The translations under genes were made by a program, and so were the position numbers. The notes below the pieces were generated by a model, which was not told the origin of the DNA, made no database searches, and saw only the letters and a list, made by a program, of their open reading frames with translations. Below, piece after piece: positions 1 through 7,513 of a DNA stretch of 37,709 nt (position 1 is the stretch's first letter; each line of letters begins with the position of its first letter). Where the stretch lies: positions 1 through 37,709 of the IMG/VR virus record IMGVR_UViG_3300037515_000491; one strand, written 5' to 3'. This DNA comes from a virus (Duplodnaviria > Caudoviricetes).

Positions 1-105
1 CATTGGACTAATGGCGCTTTCCGCCATTGGACTAATGGCGCTTTCCGCCATTGGACTAATGGCGCTTTCCGCCATTGGACTAATGGCGCTTTCCGCCATT
101 GGACT
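1..105. repeat. 24-bp tandem repeat CATTGGACTAATGGCGCTTTCCGC (iteron-like, inside rep gene); duplicate of window end
   Basis: Four full units plus a partial unit, no spacers. Confidence 0.95.
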
Positions 106-561
106 ATTGCCGGTTTCCGGCATTGGCAATTCGCCCTGGATACCGGCCCCATCGGACGGCTGTGCCGGGTAAATATCCTTCAACAACTTCGTCACCTGTT
201 TCTCATTCAACGCATACCAGGTTTTGCGGTCGGCTGTCACCCAGTACGAAACCAGCGCCTTCTTGTCCAGGCTGCCCCGCGTCCTGGCCGCAATCCTATC
301 CCGCGCGTTTTCAAATTCCCGGCGTGTCATGCCCAATTCCTCTTGCCAGCTATCGCCCGGCCGGTATGCCTTTTGCCGGCAGGGAGCCGAGTATTTGTAA
401 AACGGCCGTCGTCCCATCTTCACCCATCGGTAAATCATTTGCTGTAACAAAATAGTGGCGTTGATGCTGCCGGTGAAGGCATTCCATCGCGGCCGGTAAC
501 TGACCACGTCCTGGTCATCGGCGATCAAGTCCAGTAAATCTACGCTGTGTCCATCACTCAT
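1..561 (-). CDS. N-terminal half of phage replication initiator (lambda O-like, wHTH), joined across the circular junction to 36991..37707
   Basis: Not in ORF track (runs off the end). ATG at 561 gives MSDGHSVDLLDLIADDQDVVSYRPRWNAFTGSINATILLQQMIYRW...SWQEELGMTRREFENAR...GELPMPETGNSPMAESA, in frame with the 37707 ORF. Confidence 0.85.
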   Translation of the reverse strand, partial: MSDGHSVDLLDLIADDQDVVSYRPRWNAFTGSINATILLQQMIYRWVKMGRRPFYKYSAPCRQKAYRPGDSWQEELGMTRREFENARDRIAARTRGSLDKKALVSYWVTADRKTWYALNEKQVTKLLKDIYPAQPSDGAGIQGELPMPETGNSPMAESAISPMAESAISPMAESAISPMAESAISPM

Positions 562-566
562 AGCGT

Positions 567-1373
567 CTATGTGGCTTCCGATTCAATCTGTTTTCGCCAA
601 TCCTCTAAAAATTCGAGGACGGCCGCAAACTTTGCCTGGGGGACGTGTTTGTAGCCGCTGACACCGAAGCGCCGGTAAAGCTCGCTAAAAACGCCCTGGT
701 AGTAATTCTTGCCCGGCTCGTGCTCAGCCAGCAGGCCGGCCAGAGCCTTAACCCGGCCGGCGATTTCGGCCGCCTGTTCGTCGCTGATGAGATGGCCGGG
801 GGCCACACGCTGTTCAACGGCCTTGACACGCCGGCCCAGGTCGCCCACAACCGCCGCCGCCTGGTCCAGCCGGCTTTCCGTTACGGCCGTGCGCTGCTCA
901 ATGGCGATCAGCTCATCAGCCATCCGGGCGATGGCCAGCCCCATTTCGCGCACCTGGTGCAGCGCTGCGGATGCGGCAGAAACGGCCGTTTCCGATTGGC
1001 CCATGAAGGCATCGGCTGAAATCCGGTAGCATTCGCGCTGGTAGCGGATTAGATTCTGCCTGATTTCATCTTCAAACAGCCAGCCGTTGAGGTAGTCCAG
1101 GGGGAGGGCCAGCATATCGCTGGTACGCGGTCGCTTGCTGGACGGATCGATGTCCGTGTGTGTTACGCATACAGACATCGCCACATCAGACAAAACAGGA
1201 TCGCGGTTAATCCTCTGCTGCTGCCCTGACCAGTTCAAGCCTAGATAGTCGCATAACGGCCGTACAGGGATATAAACGGTTTGACGGCCGTCTGCATCGA
1301 CTAGGACGGCGGCGATCTCGTCACCGTAAAAATCGACAGTTCGTTGTTCAACGGGAACCAATGTATTATTCAT
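567..1373 (-). CDS. Phage antirepressor (P22 Ant N-terminal-like domain + ORF6C-like C-terminal domain)
   Basis: VDFYGDEI...VYIPVRPLCDYLGLNWSGQQQRI...LPLDYLNGWLF...YQRECY; C-terminal ELYRRFGVSGYKHVPQAKFAAVLEFLEDW. Confidence 0.85.
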   Translation of the reverse strand: MNNTLVPVEQRTVDFYGDEIAAVLVDADGRQTVYIPVRPLCDYLGLNWSGQQQRINRDPVLSDVAMSVCVTHTDIDPSSKRPRTSDMLALPLDYLNGWLFEDEIRQNLIRYQRECYRISADAFMGQSETAVSAASAALHQVREMGLAIARMADELIAIEQRTAVTESRLDQAAAVVGDLGRRVKAVEQRVAPGHLISDEQAAEIAGRVKALAGLLAEHEPGKNYYQGVFSELYRRFGVSGYKHVPQAKFAAVLEFLEDWRKQIESEAT

Positions 1374-1409
1374 AGTCAGTCCTGTTGTTTGTCATATAAT
1401 TTATTTGTT

Positions 1410-1440
1410 CGGCCGGGTGGAATGCGACTCCACCCGGCCG
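1410..1440. other. Perfect GC-rich hairpin between divergent antirepressor and integrase genes
   Basis: CGGCCGGGTGGA-7nt-TCCACCCGGCCG; TATAAT at 1395-1400 just upstream on + strand (possible int promoter). Confidence 0.6.
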
Positions 1441-1518
1441 CCGAATTAACGCCCACGATGTTCCGGTCGCGCGCCAATTCCTCAATTCAATCATTCAATC
1501 AAAAAGGGGTAATTACAC

Positions 1519-2523
1519 ATGAAGCTGAATGAAGCGCTGGAAATGTACCTGCTGTCGCTGGAGGCGCGCCGCCTCAGCGCTGCCCACACCAGCACCGTCC
1601 GATGCCGGCTGGCCCGGTTTACTGCCATCTGGGGGGAGAGTGACGTATCGGCCATAGCCGGCGATGACGTTGACGCCCACTTTAGCGACCTGGAAGAAAG
1701 CGGCCTGGCTCACGGCACGCTGGCCGGCTACAAATCGAGCCACCGCGCCTTTTGGAACTGGTGCGCATCTCAACAGTTCATCGCCCAAAATCCGGCCGAT
1801 GCCCTGTTAGTAAAAGACCGCGCTTACGATTACCGCCCGGTTCACTCGCGGGCCGCTCCGGAAAGCGATTTCCAGGCCGTCGTCAACGCCCTGCCTAATT
1901 TCGCCGCCCATCGTGACAACAACCCCCGGGATCTGCGCGATGCCGCGCTGGTCAGCCTGGCCATTGACTGCGCCAAACGACGGAAGGAATTGTGGAATCT
2001 GCGCCGGCGTGACATCGAACGGGCGCTGGATCGGGGCGAGGCCGTCGCCGGCGGCCGCATGGTTTATCATGCGACCAGTCACGGAAAGACCGGGCAGGTG
2101 ACGATGGTTTTCTTTGAAGAAACGGCCGTACTACTCCGTCACTGGCTGGCGGCAATGCCGCCGGAATCCAACTGGCTCTGGGTTAATCTGCGTACCGGTC
2201 AACGACTTAGGGCCGACGTCTTAAACCTGGCCTTTGGCCGATTGTGCGCCTTCGCCGGCGTCAAAACCTTCCGGTTCCACGCCGTCCGCAAGCGGTCGGT
2301 AACGGACATCATCAGGAGTACGGGCGATTGGAAGGTCGGGCAGCTGCTCGCCGGCCACAAAGACCAGCGCACCACGCAGCTGCATTACAACGACGTTGAC
2401 CAGCAGCGAGTCGATGAAATGGCGGCGCGCCTGGCCGACGTACGGCGCGGGCGGTCGATGACGGACCCGGCCGGCGGTGACGGATTGGCAGCGTCGTTTT
2501 TTGGGAAGGTGAACGAAGATTAA
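1519..2523 (+). CDS. int: Tyrosine recombinase / phage integrase
   Basis: Catalytic residues R (KRRKELWNL), K (GKTG), HxxR (FHAVR), H (LAGH), Y (TQLHY); N-terminal SAM-like domain; adjacent attP. Confidence 0.92.
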   Translation: MKLNEALEMYLLSLEARRLSAAHTSTVRCRLARFTAIWGESDVSAIAGDDVDAHFSDLEESGLAHGTLAGYKSSHRAFWNWCASQQFIAQNPADALLVKDRAYDYRPVHSRAAPESDFQAVVNALPNFAAHRDNNPRDLRDAALVSLAIDCAKRRKELWNLRRRDIERALDRGEAVAGGRMVYHATSHGKTGQVTMVFFEETAVLLRHWLAAMPPESNWLWVNLRTGQRLRADVLNLAFGRLCAFAGVKTFRFHAVRKRSVTDIIRSTGDWKVGQLLAGHKDQRTTQLHYNDVDQQRVDEMAARLADVRRGRSMTDPAGGDGLAASFFGKVNED

Positions 2524-2801
2524 CCACCCCTGGGCCGGCGGCTTCCCAGGCCGCCAGCCCACAGAGGGGAAGAGGAGCCGGTAGGCTACCGGCTAAAAAT
2601 TGAATAACGGATAGGTGTCTACTTACATTTTTTTACGTGCTGGCTTTTGCACATGTCCTCTAGCACCACCATCGGCTTTGGAAAGAGCGTCATCCGTTAC
2701 CCTGAAAACGGCCGTAAGAATTTCACAAAAACCGGCCGGAATCAGCATATAATATTTCGATCTCAGGCTAGTATGGCTGATGATCCAGGTGACACAAACC
2801 A

Positions 2802-2845
2802 GCCTGTCAAGCCGAAGATCGCGGGTTCGATCCCCGTCGCTCCCG
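2802..2845 (+). other. attP core: 3' half of a tRNA-Asp(GTC)
   Basis: GC-CTGTCAA-GCCGA anticodon loop/3' stem, T-arm GCGGG-TTCGATC-CCCGT, acceptor strand CGCTCCC + discriminator G; 5' half absent; ~280 bp downstream of int. Confidence 0.85.
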
Positions 2846-2950
2846 AATCGGGCACAAAACGCCCGAAAAATGCCTTTTCAGCTTCATGAGTTGTTAAGGT
2901 GCACATCTCTATTTCGCAAGGTTGACGGCCGGCCGAAATAGAAAGATCAG

Positions 2951-2990
2951 AAAAACCCGCTTGCTATCGGAGCATGGTAGTGAGCGGGTT
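2951..2990 (-). terminator. Intrinsic terminator after RHH gene
   Basis: Long hairpin AACCCGCT...AGCGGGTT followed by a T-run on the minus strand. Confidence 0.65.
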
Positions 2991-3012
2991 CGTCGTCATT
3001 AATTGGGCGGTT

Positions 3013-3207
3013 TTACGCCGGTACTCTCTGTGGCTGCTGTGTGTCCGCCCCGGCGTCTTTTAAATATTCATTGACGGCCAATCGGATGAATGCGGAGCGG
3101 TTTAGCCCCAATTCAGTCGAGATTGCCTCAACCTCTGCCCACCAATGAGGGTGAGCAGAAATGCCTTTTGATTCATACTCTCTTTCAATTTTGTCCTTCT
3201 TAGACAT
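3013..3207 (-). CDS. Small ribbon-helix-helix (CopG/Arc-like) regulator
   Basis: ATG 3207 with GGAGGT RBS; KGISAH...WAEVEAISTELGLNRSAFIRLAVNEYL fits the RHH pattern. Confidence 0.75.
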   Translation of the reverse strand: MSKKDKIEREYESKGISAHPHWWAEVEAISTELGLNRSAFIRLAVNEYLKDAGADTQQPQRVPA

Positions 3208-3223
3208 GGATACCTCCGATAGC

Positions 3224-3264
3224 TTGTTGACAACAACTTTAATACGGTTGTCAACGGTTGTCAA
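3224..3264 (-). promoter_or_regulatory. Leftward sigma70-type promoter overlapped by GTTGWCAAC operator repeats
   Basis: TTGACA (3264-3259)-17 nt-TAAAGT (3241-3236); palindromic GTTG(A/T)CAA(C) at 3226, 3247, 3257. Confidence 0.75.
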
Positions 3265-3315
3265 GTGCCAATTTTCTATTTATCAACAAATTCGTAAAAA
3301 TCAAGGGAGGGAATT

Positions 3316-4059
3316 ATGTTCGGGAAGCGGCTACTCAGATCCGTTCGGGATCGCTATCAAAGTCTTGGCAGCACGCAAAAAACTGCGGCAATTGTTACAG
3401 CGCCAATTATCATAACCTGCTGTTGTCTACTTGCTTATACGGCCGTAACGGGAGGGCCGCAAGTTACCGAAACCCCGTCGGCAGACATGCCGCTCGCTCT
3501 ATCTGAGAATCGATCCGGATCGAGCGCAGAACTAGCCACTTCAACTAGCGAGGCGACGGAAACGGCCGTTCCCACCAACACACCAGCACCAACAGAGACG
3601 CCGGCCCCAACCGATACGGCCGTTCCCACTCCCACCAATACGCCATCACCGACGCCGTTACCTACGGACACAGCCACCCCGCCGCCAACAAATACGCCAG
3701 AGCCAACCCTGCCACCGCCGCCCTCAGTGAATGACGTAAAAATCACCTACGTGAACTTCAATGGCGACATCAACCCCTCGGAACCCGATGAATACGCCGT
3801 TATTACCAATACCGGCGCGGGAACATTCAACCTGAATGGCTGGCGGCTGAACGCAGGCAACCCAGGCCAGGACTTCAATTTCCCAAACATCGACTTGGGG
3901 CCGGGGCAGGCTTGCCGCGTCTACACCAATGAGGTGCACCCGGAGAGCTGCGGCGGCGCTTCGTTCGGATCGGGAGGCGCGATCTGGTCAAACGATGGTG
4001 ACTGCGGTTATCTATTTGACAACACAGGAGCCGAGATATCCCGGTATTGCTACAACTAA
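3316..4059 (+). CDS. Membrane-anchored surface protein: TM helix, Pro/Thr-rich linker, C-terminal lamin-tail domain
   Basis: Hydrophobic N-terminal segment; PTxT repeats; DEYAVITNTG...NLNGWRL...IWSNDGDCGYLFD LTD motif. Confidence 0.8.
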   Translation: MFGKRLLRSVRDRYQSLGSTQKTAAIVTAPIIITCCCLLAYTAVTGGPQVTETPSADMPLALSENRSGSSAELATSTSEATETAVPTNTPAPTETPAPTDTAVPTPTNTPSPTPLPTDTATPPPTNTPEPTLPPPPSVNDVKITYVNFNGDINPSEPDEYAVITNTGAGTFNLNGWRLNAGNPGQDFNFPNIDLGPGQACRVYTNEVHPESCGGASFGSGGAIWSNDGDCGYLFDNTGAEISRYCYN

Positions 4060-4083
4060 CTCCCCCCCCCTAACCGCTGAATG

Positions 4084-4111
4084 AAAGAGACCCCGCAAGG
4101 GGTCTTTTTTG
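4084..4111 (+). terminator. Intrinsic terminator
   Basis: AGACCCC-GCAA-GGGGTCT + T-run. Confidence 0.85.
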
Positions 4112-4143
4112 TTGCCGGTTGAATATAAATCCCTTTACACTTT

Positions 4144-4183
4144 GTTGACAACGGTTGACAACGGTTGTCAAATATGGTAAAAT
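4144..4183 (+). promoter_or_regulatory. Strong rightward early promoter overlapped by three 10-bp-phased GTTGWCAA(C) operators
   Basis: TTGACA (4155-4160)-17 nt-TAAAAT (4178-4183) with extended -10 TG. Confidence 0.8.
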
Positions 4184-4202
4184 CTTAGAGTAAACAGGCA
4201 GT

Positions 4203-4302
4203 AAAAAAGCCCTTCTCGCCTCGAAACCAGAAGGGCCTTAGAAAATAACTTTATAGGAGAAATTTTCATGAATAGCATAAACGAAACCGAAACCACCGTC
4301 AA
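4203..4302 (-). ncRNA. Putative ~65-nt antisense RNA (with its promoter) covering the RBS of the SWIM gene
   Basis: TTGACG (4302-4297)-17-TATGCT (4279-4274); terminator GCCCTTCT...AGAAGGGC + T6 on the minus strand. Confidence 0.55.
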
Positions 4303-4756
4303 GCAGTTGGCCGAAATCGTCTACAATCGCAGCGCCCGGCGCTACGAATGGACTGATCCGCAATCAGGCGAGATGTTTACCGCCCCATCAGGCGCGCAAA
4401 ACAAAGCCGACTTGTTCCGGGCCATCGTCGCCATGCTTGACCCCGACCTCTACGCCGCCGCCGAACGCATGATCGCCAACCAGCCCCAATTAGAACGGGT
4501 GGTCTGGAAAGGCGTGGAACTGGTCATCAACGAAGCCGTCGAAGTGTACGCCGTACCTCACAACACCGTCCTGGCCATGGTTGACAGCAGCGATGGCTAC
4601 GGCCGTTACGCAATCGAAAACATTAACGGCCACATTAGCTGCCAGTGTGAGTCGTGGCAGGGCTTGACGGCCCCCTTAACCACTGGCGGCCGGCGCGTCT
4701 GCAAACACGTATCCGCGATGTACCTCTGGAACTTCACCCGTGAAGTGAGATTTTAA
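4268..4756 (+). CDS. SWIM zinc-finger domain protein
   Basis: CxC...CxH: SCQCES...VCKHV; AGGAG RBS. Confidence 0.75.
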   Translation: MNSINETETTVKQLAEIVYNRSARRYEWTDPQSGEMFTAPSGAQNKADLFRAIVAMLDPDLYAAAERMIANQPQLERVVWKGVELVINEAVEVYAVPHNTVLAMVDSSDGYGRYAIENINGHISCQCESWQGLTAPLTTGGRRVCKHVSAMYLWNFTREVRF

Positions 4757-4815
4757 TTCAGTTTATTATCGGGCGGCGGGGTTAGCCGCCGCCCTTAACC
4801 CAATAGGAGATTATC

Positions 4816-5355
4816 ATGACGAACCAAAACGGAAACAATGCAGTAGCCAAACCCCTGGTATTCGGCCCGACGAATGACGTACCCGACAAGGCCCCGAAGC
4901 CGCAAATGGATTTGACCAATCCGCTCCTGTCCTTTGACGACGTGCTACCCTCGAATTATTTTTCGATGGAAGATTTGCAGATGTGGCTGGAAGAGCGCGA
5001 CGCCGTCTCCCGCGTCCTGACAGTGACCGGATGCACGGTTGAATACGTGTATGATCCGGAGAAGGGCGAGGAAAGCGGCGACTGGAAACCCTGCCTGGGT
5101 TTTGAGGAAACGGCGACGCTGTTGGTGATCAATAAATCGCGCGGGATGCAGCTAAAGAAGTTGACCAGGTCCCCGTTCCTGAAGGACTGGGCGGAGGCCG
5201 GGCAAGTGACTTTACGGCCGGGCATCGCCAACGGCAAGGCGCAGATTGTGATCGAATTCGTGATTGAGGACCCGGAAAGCGACATCGACGCCAAAATGGG
5301 ACCGGCCCGGCAAGTCGTTGACGTGGACGGGCTGAATGACGAGTTGTTTAGCTAG
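4816..5355 (+). CDS. Conserved phage early protein (possibly ssDNA-binding/recombination)
   Basis: AGGAG RBS; LVINKSR...KDWA...VTL resembles a common phage family; acidic C-terminal tail. Confidence 0.5.
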   Translation: MTNQNGNNAVAKPLVFGPTNDVPDKAPKPQMDLTNPLLSFDDVLPSNYFSMEDLQMWLEERDAVSRVLTVTGCTVEYVYDPEKGEESGDWKPCLGFEETATLLVINKSRGMQLKKLTRSPFLKDWAEAGQVTLRPGIANGKAQIVIEFVIEDPESDIDAKMGPARQVVDVDGLNDELFS

Positions 5356-5411
5356 GATTAGTTGATACGGCCGTTCCCGGCAGCGGGGGCGGCCAAAATA
5401 ACAAGGAGATT

Positions 5412-5738
5412 ATGATGGCAAAGAAAACCAAAAAACAACTTAACGAATTAAAAGCGCAGTGGGAAGCGGATCCGTGTTGGGACATCGAAGAAACCGAGGG
5501 ATTCGAGGATTTTCACGACGAACTCGCCAAATTCCGCAAGGACACTGAGAACCGGTGGGACTACGAGCGCATCATGCGCATCGACGCCCAGGCGTTTCGG
5601 CTGGATTGCAGCTTCAAAACGGCGAAATATACGCTGGCTTTGGAGGATAGGATTGCGCAATTGGAGGCTCAACTAAAAGCCAGGTTCGACCGCTTGGAAG
5701 ATAAAATCGCACGCGGGGAAACAAAATACGACTGGTAA
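5412..5738 (+). CDS. Hypothetical phage protein
   Basis: AAGGAG RBS; LKAQWEADPCWDIEETEGFE motif; coiled-coil C-terminus. Confidence 0.7.
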   Translation: MMAKKTKKQLNELKAQWEADPCWDIEETEGFEDFHDELAKFRKDTENRWDYERIMRIDAQAFRLDCSFKTAKYTLALEDRIAQLEAQLKARFDRLEDKIARGETKYDW

Positions 5739-5827
5739 ACAACAAAACGGCCGTTCCTGCCCACTCATCACAGTTTCAGGAACGGCCTCCCATAATGGAG
5801 ATCATCATGGACAAAAGAATTCTAGCA
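5737..5827 (-). ncRNA. Putative ~75-nt antisense RNA covering RBS/start of the 5807 gene
   Basis: Extended -10 TGcTAGAAT (5827-5819); hairpin GGCCGTTCCTG/CAGGAACGGCC followed by a T-rich run on the minus strand. Confidence 0.45.
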
Positions 5828-6073
5828 CAAAGCGAACCGCAAGCCCCGGCAACCGTCGTCGAAATCGACCTGGTTTGCGACGGCGGCATCATTTTTTACA
5901 ATCGGCGTGAAGGCGACCGTCTGGTCATTACCGCCCGGCCCACCAGCCGCAAGCGGGCGCGGCAGATTTACCAGGAAAATGCCGACGAGCCGCAGCAGCG
6001 GACCATCGGCACGGTGGATTTCGGCCCGGAATCGGGCAACTGGTCATGGACGGTGCAGGTGGTGGGGCTATGA
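5807..6073 (+). CDS. Hypothetical protein
   Basis: GGAG RBS before ATG 5807; stop overlaps next ATG. Confidence 0.6.
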   Translation: MDKRILAQSEPQAPATVVEIDLVCDGGIIFYNRREGDRLVITARPTSRKRARQIYQENADEPQQRTIGTVDFGPESGNWSWTVQVVGL

Positions 6074-6291
6074 ACGCAGCATCCAAAATGGCAGGATTCC
6101 CGATGTCCATGGCTCACCCCGTTCTCGGCTGCCAGGCCACGGCCAGCATCGTGAGCAAATGGTACGAGGCCGGCCGCTGGATCGGGTACGAATTGCAATT
6201 CCCCGGCGAAAAAACGACGCGGCACTTAAAGCTGAAAGAGATTTGGGAATTGCAAGGGTACAGCAATGAGGACGGCGGCAATGGCAGATAA
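6070..6291 (+). CDS. Hypothetical protein
   Basis: ATGA coupling with upstream gene. Confidence 0.55.
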   Translation: MNAASKMAGFPMSMAHPVLGCQATASIVSKWYEAGRWIGYELQFPGEKTTRHLKLKEIWELQGYSNEDGGNGR

Positions 6292-6601
6292 TCCCGATCC
6301 CCGCTACGCCCTCATCAACCTAACCACCGGCGAACTTACCGACCTGCCCGTCGGCGAGCTTGCCGACTTGCCAGTGTTCGCGCGCGAACACATGGTCGGA
6401 CGTTCCCCGTCCGCACCGCCGGCCCGGCCCGGCCGCATCGTGAATAACGGCCGTATCGTGGATAGCAACCGCATCCATATCCGATTGGCCACGGTGCAGC
6501 TGCATGAGTACCGGCCGGCCCCCGACGAATCGACGGCCGCCGCCACGCAGTTTTTCGAGAAGGCGAACCGGGCCGCTGCCAACCAGGACATTGACAGGTG
6601 A
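6281..6601 (+). CDS. Hypothetical protein
   Basis: GAGG upstream; overlaps neighbours in operon fashion. Confidence 0.5.
   Translation: MADNPDPRYALINLTTGELTDLPVGELADLPVFAREHMVGRSPSAPPARPGRIVNNGRIVDSNRIHIRLATVQLHEYRPAPDESTAAATQFFEKANRAAANQDIDR
6374..6391. promoter_or_regulatory. parS-like perfect palindrome GTGTTCGCGCGCGAACAC (copy 1)
   Basis: Same 16-bp core recurs at 31657-31672. Confidence 0.5.
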
Positions 6602-6915
6602 ACATCCTCCGCTGTATGATCGCGGCCATGAACGATCTGCTGATCCGTCACCTTTTAGGCCGGGTCGTCACTGTCATCGACGGCCGTAAGCCCCAGGCCG
6701 CGCTGCCCCGCTACCGGGGCCGGCTGGCTTACGACCACACCAGCCGCCGCTACAGTGTGACTGCGGCCGGCGGCCCGGCGGCCCTCATCTTCCGCCTGGC
6801 CGTGGTCGTGGCCGTCGACGGGTCGGTCATTACGCTCGGCAACCCAACTCAACCACCCAAAATGGGGCGGGGGATTGAACCGGCGACCGCTTTCGTGATA
6901 CAATGGCCGGCATGA
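6598..6915 (+). CDS. Hypothetical protein
   Basis: GTGA overlap with upstream stop. Confidence 0.45.
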   Translation: MNILRCMIAAMNDLLIRHLLGRVVTVIDGRKPQAALPRYRGRLAYDHTSRRYSVTAAGGPAALIFRLAVVVAVDGSVITLGNPTQPPKMGRGIEPATAFVIQWPA

Positions 6916-7006
6916 GCATCAACAGTCACTATACGGACGGCAGCAGCCTATGCCGCCCGTCGGCGACCAGGTCGCACACCCCAAGCGCTTCAGGCCCTAC
7001 CCCCAG

Positions 7007-7043
7007 AAAAACGGCCGTTTCCTCACCGGGAACGGCCGTTTTT
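7007..7043. terminator. Bidirectional terminator-like hairpin built from two ACGGCCGT palindromes
   Basis: AAAAACGGCCGTTTCC-TCACC-GGGAACGGCCGTTTTT. Confidence 0.65.
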
Positions 7044-7114
7044 ATTTGCCCGCCGGCGCGCTCGCCTGTTGGCTTGATTCCGGCCCCTGTTTCTCGAGGT
7101 GTACCTTACTGGCT

Positions 7115-7285
7115 ATGCGATCTGTGAAAGAAAAACTAGTTCAATGGCTGGCATGGAAAATGCCGAAACGATTGGTATATTGGGCGGCGATTCGGTTGAT
7201 AAGCGCCGCAACAGTCAACGAATATGCAGATACCGAAGTAGCTGGATTGACAGCCCTTGAGGCCCTTGAGAGATGGCAGGCGTGA
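7115..7285 (+). CDS. Small hypothetical phage protein (56 aa)
   Basis: MRSVKEKLVQWLAWKMPKRLVYWAAIRL...; GAGGTG upstream. Confidence 0.6.
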   Translation: MRSVKEKLVQWLAWKMPKRLVYWAAIRLISAATVNEYADTEVAGLTALEALERWQA

Positions 7286-7307
7286 TTTTTTGAGGAGCTG
7301 GCCAGGG

Positions 7308-7421
7308 GTGATTTACCTGCTATGTCTGGCCGGGGCGCTGATCGGCCTCGCCGCCGTGGTCTGGCTGCTGGATTACCTGGGTTTTGTAGCGTACTGGCGG
7401 GCGCGATTTTTTGAGGAGTGA
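7308..7421 (+). CDS. Small single-TM peptide (37 aa)
   Basis: GAGGAG RBS, GTG start: MIYLLCLAGALIGLAAVVWLLDYLGFVAYWRARFFEE; not in ORF track. Confidence 0.5.
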   Translation: MIYLLCLAGALIGLAAVVWLLDYLGFVAYWRARFFEE

Positions 7422-7513
7422 GACACACCATAATCACCTAAACGGCCGTTTTTGTTGTACAATGGTTGAGCAGCTCATTATGAGTAGCTCACAAACGGCC
7501 CCCGCAACTGCTG

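Noticed and set aside
99-455. 118-aa plus-strand ORF
   Set aside because: Antisense to the N-terminal half of the replication initiator, which has clear family motifs
1340-1400. sar-like antisense promoter over the antirepressor start
   Set aside because: Candidate -35/-10 (TTGTTC/TATTAT) are only 14 nt apart and no terminator T-run follows the hairpin
2760-2850. Complete tRNA-Asp gene
   Set aside because: No 5' acceptor strand (GGGAGCG) or D-arm upstream; only the 3' half is present, as expected for attP
3560-3725. Pro/Thr-coding repeats (also 24975-25150) as DNA repeat elements
   Set aside because: Degenerate at synonymous positions; explained by low-complexity protein linkers
6374-6391. 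LexA/SOS box
   Set aside because: Half-sites are in GTTC-N6-GAAC order, not the GAAC-N4-GTTC arrangement of Gram-positive/Chloroflexota SOS boxes
6903-7127. ORFs spanning 6903-7127 and the 6950 start of the next ORF
   Set aside because: They cross a strong bidirectional terminator-like hairpin; the downstream gene is better started at ATG 7115
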